Origin: Eledone cirrhosa
Lineage: Eukaryota
DNA: 64,000 bases
Direction: 5' to 3'
Assembly: GCA_964016885.1 (NCBI GenBank)
Contig: CAXHJY010000429.1
Coordinates: 22,650-86,649 of the forward strand
Within the stretch, counting starts at the first letter, position 1. Each line of letters starts with the position of its first letter. The notes below the pieces were generated by a model, which saw only the letters and a program-made list of their open reading frames with translations, had not been told where the DNA came from and searched no databases. Shown here piece after piece: positions 12,657 through 25,135 of this stretch. Made by a program: the position numbers and the translations under genes.

Positions 12657-14127
12657 CTAGCATTAAAGCCCGGCGTTGCTCGGGGTCATTAAGTTACCAA
12701 AGTTAGGTTGCAGCACTTTTTTGTCTGCCAGGCACTGGGTGAATGAATTGCAGACCTGGAAGCATGAGCTGCGCCAGCAGTGACAATTGTAGTTTCGCCT
12801 ATGGATATTATCTCTGTGCAAAAAAGTGTTGAAATTTATTGTTTCACAGTACTTGCGCAACACGCGAGTAGACGATGCCAGCCGAACAACAGAGCTGCGA
12901 TGGAGTTGTTCTGCATGGTTGTCTGTGTGTTTTCTAAATTTAAGACAGTAGGGAGTGGTGTGATATGAGGGAGAGTTAGCTGCTGTTTCTAGCAGGTTTA
13001 GTGACCTCATAGAGGATATGTGTTTTCTAAATTTAAGACAGTAGGGAGTGGTGTGATATGAGGGAGAGTTAGCTGCTGTTTCTAGCAGGTTTAGTGACCT
13101 CATAGAGGATATGTGTTTTCTAAATTTAAGACAGTAGGGAGTGGTGTGATATGAGGGAGAGTTAGCTGCTGTTTCTAGCAGGTTTAGTAACCTCATAGAG
13201 GATATGTGTTTTCTAAATTTAAGACAGTAGGGAGTGGTGTGATATGAGGGAGAGTTAGCTGCTGTTTCTAGCAGGTTTAGTGACCTCATAGAAGATATGT
13301 TTTCTAAATTTAAGACAGTAGAGAGGGGTGTGATATGGGGGAGAGTTAGCTGCTGTTTCTAGCAGGTTTAGTGACCTCATAGAAGATATGTTTTCTAAAT
13401 TTAAGACAGTAGGGAGGGGTATGATATGGGGGAGAGTTAGCTGCTGTTTCTAGCAGGTTTAGTAACCTCATAGAGGATATGTGTTTTCTAAATTTAAGAC
13501 AGTAGGGAGTGGTGTGATATGAGGGAGAGTTAGCTGCTGTTTCTAGCAGGTTTAGTAACCTCATAGAGGATATGTGTTTTCTAAATTTAAGACAGTAGGG
13601 AGTGGTGTGATATGAGGGAGAGTTAGCTGCTGTTTCTAGCAGGTTTAGTGACCTCATAGAGGATATTATTGTTTATCATCTATATATATAAAACTGACTG
13701 CACGCCTAACGAAATTTACAGATACATATATTTTAAATAAACTTATATAATTTTTGCTTTTTTTTACGAAATATTTGCTTGTTTTACGTAGTCTTTAAAT
13801 AGACTTGTTTTCAAGTAAAAATTATTGTGTTAATGTCATTTTAAACGCTGAGAAAGCCAGCGTAATTTTTTTAATTTTTGCACGCAGACGCTCAATGTAA
13901 ACAGAACAAAGGGAAATAACTGATCACTTACGCTCAAAAATCGATACATTATATTCGATTTCGTCAGATAGGGCGGGTCAATTTGAAATTATTTTTTTTC
14001 CGATGTCTTCGCTAGGGCTCAATGTACAAGTATAGCAATTTCGGTGCAATTCCGTGAGAGATTCTAAGAGGAGATGTGTGCCAAAAATCGATAGACAGAC
14101 AGACAACCACAGTTTTATATATATAGA
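12657..14127 (-). mobile_element. Non-autonomous Helitron-like element (possibly composite) containing a 93-bp tandem array
   Basis: Minus strand starts A|TCTATATATATAAAAC with a (GACA)n-type microsatellite and ends in hairpin CCCGAGCAACGCCGGG plus CTAG|T; no TSD. Confidence 0.6.
12927..13666. repeat. 93-bp tandem repeat, 8 copies
   Basis: TAAGACAGTAG recurs at 12941, 13034, 13127, 13220 and onward. Confidence 0.95.
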
Positions 14128-14222
14128 TGAGATGAGATTTTGTATGTTAAAGAAAGAATTGTACACAGTTTAATATTTGCATTGAAAATGCGAAGATTAC
14201 ACTTTTTTCTTCTTTTTATTAG

Positions 14223-14261
14223 AAAGTCACGGAGATCGCATTGCTCTTAACATGTAATACT
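14223..14261 (+). CDS. Cadherin-related gene exon 4 (39-nt mini-exon, EC1 strand F)
   Basis: Long pyrimidine tract plus TAG / GTAAGT; KVTEIALLLTCNT, phase 0-0; fills the gap between DxE and DxNE. Confidence 0.75.
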
Positions 14262-14289
14262 GTAAGTATCATTTCAACATTATTTATTG

Positions 14290-14672
14290 GTGGATTGGCA
14301 GTATCGGTAGAGGGTCGAACGTCATGCTTTGACGCATAGAGTTACGGCCCTTGCCATTCTGAGTTCAAATCCCGCTGAGGTTAACTTTGCCTTTCATACT
14401 TACGGGGTCGATAAAATAAAGTACCAGTAATGCACTGAGGTAATTACTGGCCTTGTGCCAAAAGTAGAAACAATTATTTATCTGGTGAATTGGCAGTATC
14501 GGTAGAGGGTTGGACGCTATGCTTTCTAGCATAGCTACGTTTTTTTTACGGTCTGTGTTCATATCCCGTCGAGGTTAACTTTGCCTTTCATCCTTACGGG
14601 GTCGATAAAATAAAGTACCAGTAATGTACTGGGCAATTGCTGGCCTTGTGCCAAAATTAGAAACAATTATTT
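14290..14672 (+). mobile_element. Two tandem Nin/Deu-like SINE copies
   Basis: GAGGTTAACTTTGCCTTTCATCCTTACGGGGTCGATAAAATAAAGTACCAG twice; other copies near 28640, 30035, 36915, 58157, 58321, 62375. Confidence 0.8.
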
Positions 14673-15489
14673 ATCTTCTCTTTTCTTTTTACTAGGACAG
14701 GGAGAGAGGGAGAAATAGAGATAGATAAATAGATAGATAGATAGAGAGAGAGAGAGAGTTAGATCAGCAACAAATTCACTAACCCTACTTGCAGAGGACA
14801 CGTGTTTCACCAAAAGGATTCTTCAACTGGTGTATGGTTATAGCGAGACCGGAAGTATTTATGAGCGAGCTAGATTCTGTGCAGATGTCAGTAAATGAGG
14901 TAAATCGAGTATGCAGACCTGTCAACTCTCCCCATCCGGCGGAGACATCCCCCCCCCCTTCAGGGTGGGAGATGTCTTCTCATATGAAAATGGCTATAGC
15001 TTTCATTATGAATAATTTCCTTATTTTGCCTCATTTCATGGTACTCCCCGTTTGGGTTTTTAGATGTTGACAGGTCTACTATGTGTGATTATAATATTGA
15101 TTTCTAATTTAGACAAAGGTCAGCAAATTTGTGAGGAGGACCAAGTTGATTAACCCCAATACATGACTGGTATTTTATTTTATTGACTCTGGAAGGATGG
15201 AAGAAGTTGACCGTAGTAGGATTTGAACTCTGATTGCATCGATCTAAAACAAAAGCCACAATGGCATTTTATCTGGCCCTCTACCAATTCTGCCGATCTA
15301 TCACCCTTTTTTTCATGGTACTCCATGTTTGTGTTTTTAGAGGTTGCTAGGTCTGACTATGACTGTTGTAATAGAGTATGATTCCTAATTTAAAACAAAA
15401 ACAGCCTTTCACTGTAACTTTATCACCAGTTTAGTGGGGAACAAGCCCACCTTAATTGTATTGTAAATTACTTTATATTTATTTTGTAG

Positions 15490-15579
15490 AGAAATAAATC
15501 TTTTACCTTCCTTGTCAAAGACGTTAATGAATTCCCACCAAAGTTTCAAAATCATTCTTACCAAGTTTCAGTAAAAGAG
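15490..15579 (+). CDS. Cadherin-related gene exon 5 (EC1-EC2 linker)
   Basis: TTTGTAG/GTTAGT; RNKSFTFLVKDVNEFPPKFQNHSYQVSVKE with canonical DxNExxPxF. Confidence 0.9.
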
Positions 15580-16262
15580 GTTAGTAGCCATTTATAATTT
15601 TTGTCTCTGTCAATCAATCTGTCCGTATAATTGCCAGTGTATGTATATGTCTGCGTGTATATATGTATGTCTGTGTATATGTATATATGTCTGCTTGTAT
15701 GTATATATGTATGTCTGCATGTATGTATATATGTATGCGTGTATGTCTATGTATGTATGTGTATGTCTATGTATATATTAGTATGTATGCATATATGTCC
15801 GTATGTATGTATATCACTATAGCATATGCGGAATGTAAATCCTTGGAAGGGCTACTGAGTCATATTCGTGCCATCCATGTATGAGAGGGGATCGGTTGAT
15901 GGAAACTCTAGAAATCAAGGTGCGACCATCATATATGTATGGAAATATATTTTATACAGTTTATATCACCTCTTCCTGACACTCTCTTGTTTTACCTCTC
16001 TCCATTCTCTAGCTCCTCTATCTCTCATCCTCTCTCCATCCATTCTCTAGCTCCCCTATCTCTCATCCTCTTACCATCTCATTTCCATAAAGACATAAGA
16101 ATTAAAAGAACAAAAGCGTCTGTGCTTGTTTTGTCATCACAACCACCACCACCACTAGTAACTCTGTCTGTTACATAGATACTCATGCCATTCCCTTCCC
16201 ACAGCCTGACCAGAGGTTTTACACCACACATAATCTATTGTTAGCTCTTTAATATAATAAAG

Positions 16263-16628
16263 AAATTGAAGTTTGAAAGCCACGACAATGCGGGTTTGGA
16301 TGGAGAATAATCAAATCGTAAGAAACAGGGGTTGTTTTTTTACCTTAATCTATTCAGATGTCCTGATATTTCGAGATTAATATCTCTTCTTCCGAGGAAA
16401 ATAAAGGAACTGTTCCAGTGTCCGATGTGGCTTGCTATACCATGCTGGCAGGAAGTGGTTTTATTATTTATGGAATAGTTCCTTTATTTTCCTCAGAAGA
16501 AGAGATATTTATCTCGAAATAGGAGGACATATGAATAAATTATGGTAAACAAAACAAGCCCTATTCCTTATGATTTAATTATCTTCCATCAAAACCCACA
16601 TTGTTGTGGCTTTCAAACTTTGAATTTT
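16263..16628. mobile_element. Head-to-head palindromic pLTR-like dimer with decayed hammerhead cores
   Basis: About 150-bp imperfect arms and about 50-bp spacer; each arm has C(A/G)GAAGA-A-GAGAT/ATCTC-GAAA. Confidence 0.65.
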
Positions 16629-16733
16629 TTTATACCATATACAATACTTCAAGTAAACTACAAATTCCTTCTTTAATATAATAAGTTAAAAATATATTAA
16701 TAAAACTATTTATTTTCCTTGTTTTTATTTCAG

Positions 16734-16838
16734 GGTACAGCAAAAGGCACTCAAGTGTTTAATGCTTCTAAATATGTCTTAGATGAGGACTTAACACCTT
16801 TCTATTGGTTCAATGCAACACCTTTTAGTAAACCCACG
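16734..16838 (+). CDS. Cadherin-related gene exon 6 (EC2)
   Basis: TTTCAG/GTATGG; GTAKGTQVFNASKYVLDEDL... with DxD motif. Confidence 0.9.
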
Positions 16839-16881
16839 GTATGGTTAGCTCTCAATATATTCCCCTCTCTCTCTCTTTCTC

Positions 16882-16930
<49 letters not shown>

Positions 16931-17183
16931 GTATATAAAACTATATAACATCCAACCCATTATTGGAAAGTTACTACTCTTACAAATAACATTTAAGTAT
17001 TTTAATACATATGCCACCCTGTTATTTTGACCTGTTACCACTATTTCCTACTCCCATTTATTTTTATTTTCTTTGTGATATGTTGACAATGTAACTCACT
17101 CTCTTTCTTCAAAGTGTGAAACTAATACAACTTTATGTTAATGCATCCTCTTGTTTGTTTGTTTTTGGTTTCCTTGATATATA

Positions 17184-17573
17184 TCATCATCATCACCGTT
17201 TTACGCCCGTTCTTCCATGCTAGCATGGGTTAGACGGGTTGTCCTGTTGTGGGCAGTATCCGGTCGGCTGACCTTGTCTTGCTCATACAGGAACTGATCT
17301 GGTTTGATTTCTACAGCTGGATGCCCTTCCTAACACCAACCTCATTTACAGTGAGTGCTTGGTGCTTTTTTGCTGTGGCACCTCCACAACCACTTTGCAG
17401 TGGAATGATAGGGACCCAAGTCCTATCATCTCATTTCTATAGCTGAGTAAACTGGAGCAATGTGAAATAAAGTGTCTTGCTCAAAGAAACAACACATCAC
17501 CCGGTCCGAGTATTGAACTCACAACCTTTCGATTGCAAGCCCAATGTTCTAACCCCCAAGCCATGCGCCTTCA
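17184..17573 (-). mobile_element. tRNA-head CORE-like SINE with RTE 3' tail and (GAT)n end
   Basis: Near-identical to RTE 3'UTR 18335-18600 over its tail. Confidence 0.8.
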
Positions 17574-17637
17574 TATATATACTTGATTTGCAAGGCCTTT
17601 GGTATGAAAGAGTGTGTTGAAACAGATATATATATAT

Positions 17638-18015
17638 TTGGGGAGGGTCATATTGTCCTAATATTGCCAAAAATAGTAAAACACACTCACTGTTTGGATT
17701 GGGTTGGTTTTCACATCAGTTTCAGTACATTTTAAAAATATTTTTATAAATAATTCAGCTGGCAATCAATGTTTATCATTGATTGACCAACAGTTAAAAA
17801 TATAAATATAATATAAATATAATACAATGCACACATATATTATATTTATATTTTTAACTGTTAGTCAATCAATGATAAACATTGATTGCCAGCTGAATTA
17901 TTTATAAAAATATTTTTAAAATGTACTGAAATTGATGTGAAAACCAACCCAATCCAAACAGTGAGTGTGTTTTACTATTTTTGGCAATATTAGGACAATA
18001 TGACCCTCCCCAAAT
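17638..18015. mobile_element. Near-perfect palindrome (about 180-bp arms) inserted in (TA)n
   Basis: TTTGGGGAGGGTCATATT...AATATGACCCTCCCCAAA; termini resemble those of 26451-26950 and 4620-4640. Confidence 0.85.
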
Positions 18016-18155
18016 ATATATATATATATATTTACACAATACACACACTGCACACACAATACACATATACACACAACACACACATACACAGACACACACC
18101 CCACACAATACACACACACAATCCACACAGTTATATTGCCCTATGTATGTTGTAG

Positions 18156-18278
18156 ATTCCACCAGATGGCATCAGCTCAAACATGTTCAAATTATCACCG
18201 ACGTTAGGACTGGTAGAAGTATTTGGAGATTTGGATTACGAACAACACAACAAATACAGGATCCAAATAAATGTGCTC
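18156..18278 (+). CDS. Cadherin-related gene exon 7 (EC2)
   Basis: TGTAG/GTAAGT; IPPDGISSNMFKLSPTLGLVEVFGDLDYEQHNKYRIQINVL with LDYE. Confidence 0.92.
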
Positions 18279-18334
18279 GTAAGTGTGTATTTTAGCGTCC
18301 CCTTTCTAATTGTGTATTTTAGCGTCCCCTTTCT

Positions 18335-21300
18335 CATCATCATCATCATCATCACCGTTTTACGTCCGTTCTTCCACGCTAGCATGGGTTAGACGGGTTG
18401 TCCTGTTGTGGGCAGTGTCTGGTCGGCTGACCATGCCTTGCTCATACAGGAACTGATCTGGCTTGATTTCTACAGCTGGATGCCCTTCCTAACACCAACC
18501 TCATTTACAGTGAGTGCTGGGTGCTTTTTCGTGGCGCCTACACGTCCACTTTACAGTGTGGGCTGGGTGCTTTTTTGCCGTGGCACCTCCACGACCACCT
18601 TGCGGTGGGGGGGGGGGGGCATATTGTTTATATGCTTCAGCATGTACCCATGGGAGGTCGGGTACCCTGTATTACTGCGTGACGCCAGAAGTCACGGTCG
18701 TGTGTCATTGACTTTGAGAGGTGTAGTTGGGTAAGGTCGGCTTTTATCACCTCATCCCAAGTCATCTTGGGTCTCCCCACTCCGCGGTTTCCATCAACTT
18801 CTAGTGCTCTGCACCTTTTTATGCAGCTGTCATCCTTCATACGCATCACATGTCCATACCAGCGTAACCGCCTCTCCTGCACGCAGCATTTGATTCCTCT
18901 TATGCTCAGTCTCTCTCTCAATTCATTTATGCTTTGTCGTTCACGTATATTACTGTTACACATCCATCGGAGCATGCAGGCTTCGTTTCTCTCTAATCTA
19001 CGTAAGTCTTCCACCTTCAGCGCCCAGGTCTCACTACCATGCAACATCGCTGTTCGGATACACGCATCATACAGTCTGCCTTTCATTCTGAGGGAGAAGC
19101 CTTTTGCAGCTAGCAGTGGTAGTAGTTCCCTAAACTTCTTCCATCCCGTTCTTACCCTAGTTATTGTACTTTCTGAGCACCCACCTCCGTTGCTAATTCG
19201 GTCACCTAGGTAGCAGAAGCTGTCTACTGTTTCTACAGGGCCCTCCCAGAGATTGGTGGTACTTGTTTCCTGTGGCTGTTTGCTTGCTGTTTCAGCACAG
19301 CTGCTGCATGTGAATCCTACATTCTTAATTAAGCTTCCTGAGATCCCGCTACATCTCTTGTGTACCCATTGTTTGCATTTGGGGAAAAGAATGGAGTTCC
19401 TACCTACACCTTTCCTACATACTGAGCAAGGCCATTTCCCTGAGGGGATCTGGGTTCTGTTTTCTCGTCTACTTATAAGGACCTTAGTCTTTGTCATGTT
19501 GACTTTGAGGCCCTTTCTCTCTAGTCCCTGCTTCCAGGTTTGGAATTTATTCTCTAGTTCTACCATAGATTCAGCTATGAGTGCGAGGTCATCAGCATAC
19601 AGGAGTTCCCATGGGCATCCGGTCTTAAACTCCTCCGTTATTGCCTGCAGGACTATGATGAACAGGAGAGGGCTAAGAACAGAGCCCTGGTGGACCCCAA
19701 CCTGTACGCTAAATTCCTCGCTATACTCATTGCCAATCCTAACTTTGCTGACTGCTCCCCTATACATGGCTTGTACCGCTTTCACAAGCCATTCATCTAC
19801 TCCTAGTTTTCTAAGAGCCCACTAGATTACTGCACGTGGAACTCTGTCAAAGGCTTTCTCAAGGTCGACAAATGCCAAGTAGAGTGGCTTACTTTTAGCT
19901 AGGTACTTTTCCTGTAATTGCCTCACAAGGAAGAGCGCATCAGTGGTGCCTTTCCCTGGTACAAACCCAAATTGCATCTCGTCTATATTCACCCGGTCCC
20001 TAATCAGCTGTGCTATAACTCTTTCTGTTACTTTCATGACCTGGTCCATCAACTTTATACCTCTATAGTTTCCTCTATCTAGTGCATCGCCTTTACCTTT
20101 GTAGCAGTTGACAATGATGCTACTGCACCAATCTTTTGGTATGGCCCCCTCTAATATTACCTGGTTAACGATACGTGTGGTTATAGTGTGACCTACAGAC
20201 CCAGATGCCTTCAGCATCTCGGCAGCTATACCCGATGGACCGGTTGCCTTCCCTATCTTCATATCTCTGATTGCCTTACTTACTACGCTGCCGCTGACTT
20301 GTACTGCTGGTCCCTCTATAGGGTCTACGTGGGGTAGGGTCTCTTCTTCCCATGCATTCTCCTCATTTAGTAATCTATCATAATGACTCTTCCATGCATC
20401 TTTCTTCTCAGCACTTGTGAGGGCAAGCTCACCTTTATCATTCCGGATACACTTCTCTCCAATGACATCACAACTATCTCTGACACACTGCCTCGCAATC
20501 TTGAATACCTCCTGTTTCTGGTCCTCACGTTGTAAAACATGCTTGAATTTTCTATCCTCTGCTTCCCTCCTAGCTAAGTATACTTGTCGCCTAGCTTCCC
20601 TCTTGGTCTCTATGTAATGTACCCTGCTCCCCCCGTTCTTCCATTCTTTCCATGCCTGTCTCTTGGCCTTGACTGCTTCATCTACCTTATTGTTCCACCA
20701 CCAAGTCACTCTCCTCCTGCTTGAGGTCTTACTCCAGCCACAAACCTCATCCGTCGCCTCTAGTAAGTTATTTTTTAGGAACTCCCAGTTCTCTTCTACG
20801 TTAAATGTCTCTATCTGTTCTTCTTTACTGTCGTAGGCGTTGAGTAAAATATCTTTAAATCTGTTACTGGTTGAGGGGACTTTCAGCTTCCAGATCTTTC
20901 TTCTCCAGGTTGGCCTCTGTTTCAGGGCTCGTCTAGTTCTGACCGTGAGGTCGCTGACAACTAAGCTATGTTGGGATGTACATTCCTCACTAGGGAAGGC
21001 TTTTGTGTTTACGACCGTCCATCTGTCACGTCCTCTGATGAGGATAAAATCTAACTGACTAGAGTGCTCCCCTGATCTATAGGTGATCAGGTGGTTGTCG
21101 GGTTTTTTAAAGTTTGTGTTACATATCGACATGTCATTGGCGTCGCAGAATTCTAGAAGTCTGAATCCTTCCTCATTCCTTGTGCCAACTCCATGGCCTC
21201 CATGTACTCTATTGAAGCCGTCGCAGTGTTTACCTACGTGTCCGTTAAAATCTCCTGCAATGATTAGGAAGTCCTTGTCGTCTGTTAGAGCAGTAGTGTG

Positions 21301-21420
21301 TATTAGGGACTCGTAAAACCTATCCTTAAGTTCGTCTGGCAGCCCCGATTGGGGTGCGTAAGCTGATATTATTGTGGTAATTGTCTTATTCAGGACTAGT
21401 CTGAGTTTAATGATTCTACG
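18335..21420 (-). mobile_element. 5'-truncated RTE-clade LINE (APE + RT + Cys-rich insert) with one in-frame stop
   Basis: GDFNGHVG, QLDFIL, FVDLEKAFDRV, GVHQGSVLSP, LLYADD; ORFs 19822-21468 and 18637-19785 are in the same frame, split by TAG; (GAT)n tail. Confidence 0.95.
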
Positions 21421-21605
21421 TGTGTATTTTAGCATCCCTTTTCTAAGTGTGTATTTTAGCATCCCCATCTAAGTCTGTAGTTTAGTATCCTCTTTCTAAT
21501 TGTGTAGTTTAGCATCCCTTTTCTAATTGTGTATTTTAGAGTCCCTATCTAAGTGTGAAGTTTAGTGCCCCCATGTAAGTGTGTAATTTAGTGTCCTCTT
21601 CTAAA
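21421..21605. repeat. About 24-27-bp minisatellite split by the RTE; two further units at 18283-18334
   Basis: Unit (CTAAG/AAT)TGTGTATTTTAGCATCCC(TTT) on both sides of the LINE. Confidence 0.85.
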
Positions 21606-21650
21606 AAATTATGTGTTTTATGTATGGGTATAAACATTTTTTCTTTTCAG

Positions 21651-21806
21651 GAAAGGTCCAGCATTAAGGATTCAGCGTTTCTAACAATTAACCTGATTAA
21701 TGTTGATGACAAAGGTCCAGATTTTATATATCCTAACCTGAGCAAGTCTATTGGCAATGTACCAATACCCCCGGTCTATAATTCTGAAATAAGTATTAAC
21801 TACACT
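21651..21806 (+). CDS. Cadherin-related gene exon 8 (EC2-EC3 linker)
   Basis: TTTTCAG/GTAAGT; ERSSIKDSAFLTINLINVDDKGPDF...YNSEISINYT. Confidence 0.9.
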
Positions 21807-21862
21807 GTAAGTAAAACCATTCTCCATCATATTCTATACATCACTAAGAGCTGACCAGTAAT

Positions 21863-22156
21863 GTACCATATCTACCTCATGTATTATATACTGTCTCACT
21901 ATTGTACCATATCTACATAACCTCACGTATTATACTATATATCTCACTATTGTACCATATCTACATAACCTCATGTATTATATTCTATAATTAACTATTG
22001 AACCATATCTACATAACCTCATGTATTATATTCTATAATTAACTATTGAACCATATCTACATAACCTCGTGTTATATTCTATATTTAACTATTGAACCAT
22101 ATCTACATAACCTCATATATTATATTCTATATTTAACTATTGAACCATATCTACAT
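21863..22156. repeat. 48-bp minisatellite, about 6 copies
   Basis: AACTATTG recurs at 21993 and 22041; unit AACTATTGAACCATATCTACATAACCTCATGTATTATATTCTATAATT. Confidence 0.9.
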
Positions 22157-22466
22157 AGGTGGTGAATTGGCAGAGTCGTTAGAATGTTAGATAGAATGCT
22201 TTATGGTATTTGTTCCAGCTCTCCGCTCTCTGAGTTCAAATCCTGCTGAGGTCAACTTTGACTTTCATCATTTTGAGGTTGATAAAAAAGTACCAGTCAA
22301 GTACTGGGGTCGATTCTTCCTCTATATCACTTTCTATTTTTCTCTGGAAGAAATCTGCTGGACTCAGGTCTGGAGAGGAGATGGGCTCTGCCAGGTTTAA
22401 AGTGCCCAAGAAATGCTGTATGTCAATACGTCACCTCTACAACTCTATCAGGAGTTATGGGACCAT
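22157..22466 (+). mobile_element. Nin/Deu-like SINE with 13-bp TSD
   Basis: ACCATATCTACAT flanks both sides (22144-22156, 22467-22479). Confidence 0.85.
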
Positions 22467-22628
22467 ACCATATCTACATGCCCTCCTTATATTCTATATC
22501 TTACTATTGACTGGTATTGTATGACATCCACTCAGAGATTCTCCCCCTCGCACTCATCCTCCTTCTACTCATCCACGTATGTATTTATGTACCAACATTA
22601 TTTACTATATTTTCTATATTACATGCAG

Positions 22629-22710
22629 GGTGAACTTCCAATTTCCCCAGTTCCTATTGAAGCCAAAGATATGGAGAACAACTATACAGTCAAATATTCT
22701 ATTATAAAGG
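22629..22710 (+). CDS. Cadherin-related gene exon 9 (EC3)
   Basis: TGCAG/GTTTGT; GELPISPVPIEAKDMENNYTVKYSIIK with PxPIxAxD motif; phase 0-1. Confidence 0.88.
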
Positions 22711-22895
22711 GTTTGTATTGCAAACTAACATCACAGTTCCATCCATATCTTACCAGTAATGCACTGGGTCGATTTAATAAACTTGCCCCTCCCCTTTAAA
22801 TTGATGGCCTTGTGCCTAAAACAGAAACATTTATTATTATTATTATCATCATCACCATCATCCTCATCATCATAACAGCCTACATTTTTTTTCAG

Positions 22896-23008
22896 TAATA
22901 CCATCAACCCTCGGGAATTACATCAGTATTAATAGTTCATCAGGAAAAATGAATGTGATTCAGAAATTACCTGCAGATATCTCTTCACCTGGGCTTATTT
23001 ATGTTAAG
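22896..23008 (+). CDS. Cadherin-related gene exon 10 (EC3)
   Basis: TTTCAG/GTACGT; VIPSTLGNYISINSSSGKMNVIQKL...IYVK; phase 1-0. Confidence 0.88.
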
Positions 23009-23352
23009 GTACGTTGTCAGTAACATAGGACACTTATCTCTGTAATACAGTGTTTCCCACAGTAACAAGACTGCTAGGATACTTATCTATGTCATACAGT
23101 GTTTCCCGCAGTAACAAGACTGCTAGGACACTTATCTCTGTAATACAGTGTTTCTCACGGAATATTCCTGAGCTTAAATTATTAACTTACTATGAAATGT
23201 CAATCATTATAGAACTGGTATTTGAGCTTTGATTAGTAACCTTCTCTGAAATCTCACCCATATTATAACAGTGGTGTTTGAGCCTATAAAATAATTCCCA
23301 TGATATAACATCTCTAATCATGCTTCACCTGCATTTCATTCTTCTGTTGTAG

Positions 23353-23418
23353 GCTGAAGATGTATCACCAGCAGCACATTTATCCATTGCTATTTTAACA
23401 GTTGTTTTAACTGACAAG
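23353..23418 (+). CDS. Cadherin-related gene exon 11 (EC3 end)
   Basis: TTGTAG/GTAGGT; AEDVSPAAHLSIAILTVVLTDK. Confidence 0.85.
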
Positions 23419-24378
23419 GTAGGTAAAATTCAAGCAAATATATCTACTTCTATATATTTTGGTATAACATCATACATTCTGGTTTTGAATATAATATACT
23501 CTTTTCTTTAGCAAATTTCTAATGAAAAACAATGTATAAAAATTTGAAAATAATCAAGAATTTAGAGAGATTTAAGTTGGTGTTTGAAGCATTACTGAAG
23601 AAAGGTTCTTACATAAAATTAAAATGGAAGGTTTTTATATAAATATAAACATTTTAAGACAACATTATTTTATCGTTGAACCAGGAGTGTTTGGAAGATA
23701 ACTTAAAGGTTTTTACATAAAATTATAATGGAAGGTTTTTAGATAAATATGAACAGTTTAAGACAAACAGTTTTGTATCATAGAACCAGAGAGGGGTTTT
23801 CAGGTGGTTTGGCATCAAAAGGGTTAAATGTTATTTGATGTATAAAAATAGGAATTTGTTTTCAGCTTGGCAGTGAACCCAAATATTGTAAAGAAGTTGA
23901 TAATAGTCAAATGTTATAGTCACTTAATACATCACTAGTGTATGTGTCATTTTATAATACACTACAGTTGACACTAAACACATGCCCTATTTGATTTTCA
24001 CTTCAGAGAAGGTCACAGAAAGTGTGATGAAAGAACTTTGACAAACTAAAACTAATAATAAAACTGAAGTGAAAATCGAATAGTGCATGTTTTTTTATTA
24101 GCAAAATGACCATCTCCAAATATTACAATATCTGTTTCGACATATGAGTTCACATGAGAAATCATCAAGAAACCCTGGGTTCCTGATAATTTCTCCCGAA
24201 TGAAACAGTTCTAGCCCTGTAGAAGCCTTTCTATATTAAATATTTATACTCTGCTTTGTATTGAGTACCTTACTTACTATGGTTACCCCCGATTGAACCC
24301 AGGATAAACTTAGATATATATATAAATATATATTCTATAGTATAACTTATTTTATAAATGTTTTCTCCTGGATTATAG

Positions 24379-24465
24379 CCGATAACAACAACAGTGAATA
24401 CAAAGGCAACTACAGTTCCACCGAACCAAACCACTGAAACAGCACACTATAACAATACTACTTTG
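24379..24465 (+). CDS. Exon 12, Thr-rich mucin-like stalk
   Basis: GGATTATAG/GTATAT; PITTTVNTKATTVPPNQTTETAHYNNTTL; phase 0-0. Confidence 0.75.
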
Positions 24466-24616
24466 GTATATTTCTTCCTCTTCCTATACCTCTTTACATT
24501 TACACCTTTTAACATTCTTAATACAATATTAACATTAACGTAACATCACACACACATACACACACATATATATATATACATATATACATACACACACACA
24601 TATATCTATCTATCTA

Positions 24617-25135
24617 AGGCGGGTAAAATTCACGAGATCCATGGACGAGTTCTCTCCAGCGGTCTCTGTCCCTCATTATCGCTGCCATGTCCTGCGTCTC
24701 CAACAGACCAGTGTCTGTCCTTAGGGCATCAACATACATTAACCGTGGTTGAGAGGAAGAGCATGGCCTGGGCGGCGTGCCACAGCTTGAGATCGGTGTG
24801 GAAGTCGGACCTTCGTAGAGACCTGAAAATCCGCCTCTTCATTGCTGTAGTGGAGTCTGTGCTGCTGTATGGGTCTGAGACTTGGACACTGACCAAGAAA
24901 CTCACTCAGATGGTGGATGGGTGCTACACGAGAATGTTGAGGATGGCTCTGAACATTAATCAGTATACACTGAGGATGAAAAACTCAGAGCTGTATGGGA
25001 GCATCCCAAAAGTCAGCTCAAAAGTGACACAGAGGAGACTGAGGTTAGCTGGACATGCTCACCGACATCCAGAGTTGACATTGCACTCAGTACTCCTTTG
25101 GGAGCCCCTACATGGACACACTAGAAGAGGAAGAC
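24617..25135. mobile_element. Second RTE family, 3' fragment with internal inversion
   Basis: Reverse 3' end (...HGSREFYPP*, (TAGA)n tail) joined to forward [14 protein letters not shown]...TRRGR. Confidence 0.85.

Noticed and set aside
12663-13657. 31-aa repeat protein ORFs
   Set aside because: Product of a 93-bp tandem repeat with frameshifted units inside an intron
23419-23422. Alternative exon 11 donor (GTAG|GTAAAA)
   Set aside because: Phase 1 would hit a TGA in exon 12; the phase-0 donor after 23418 keeps the frame
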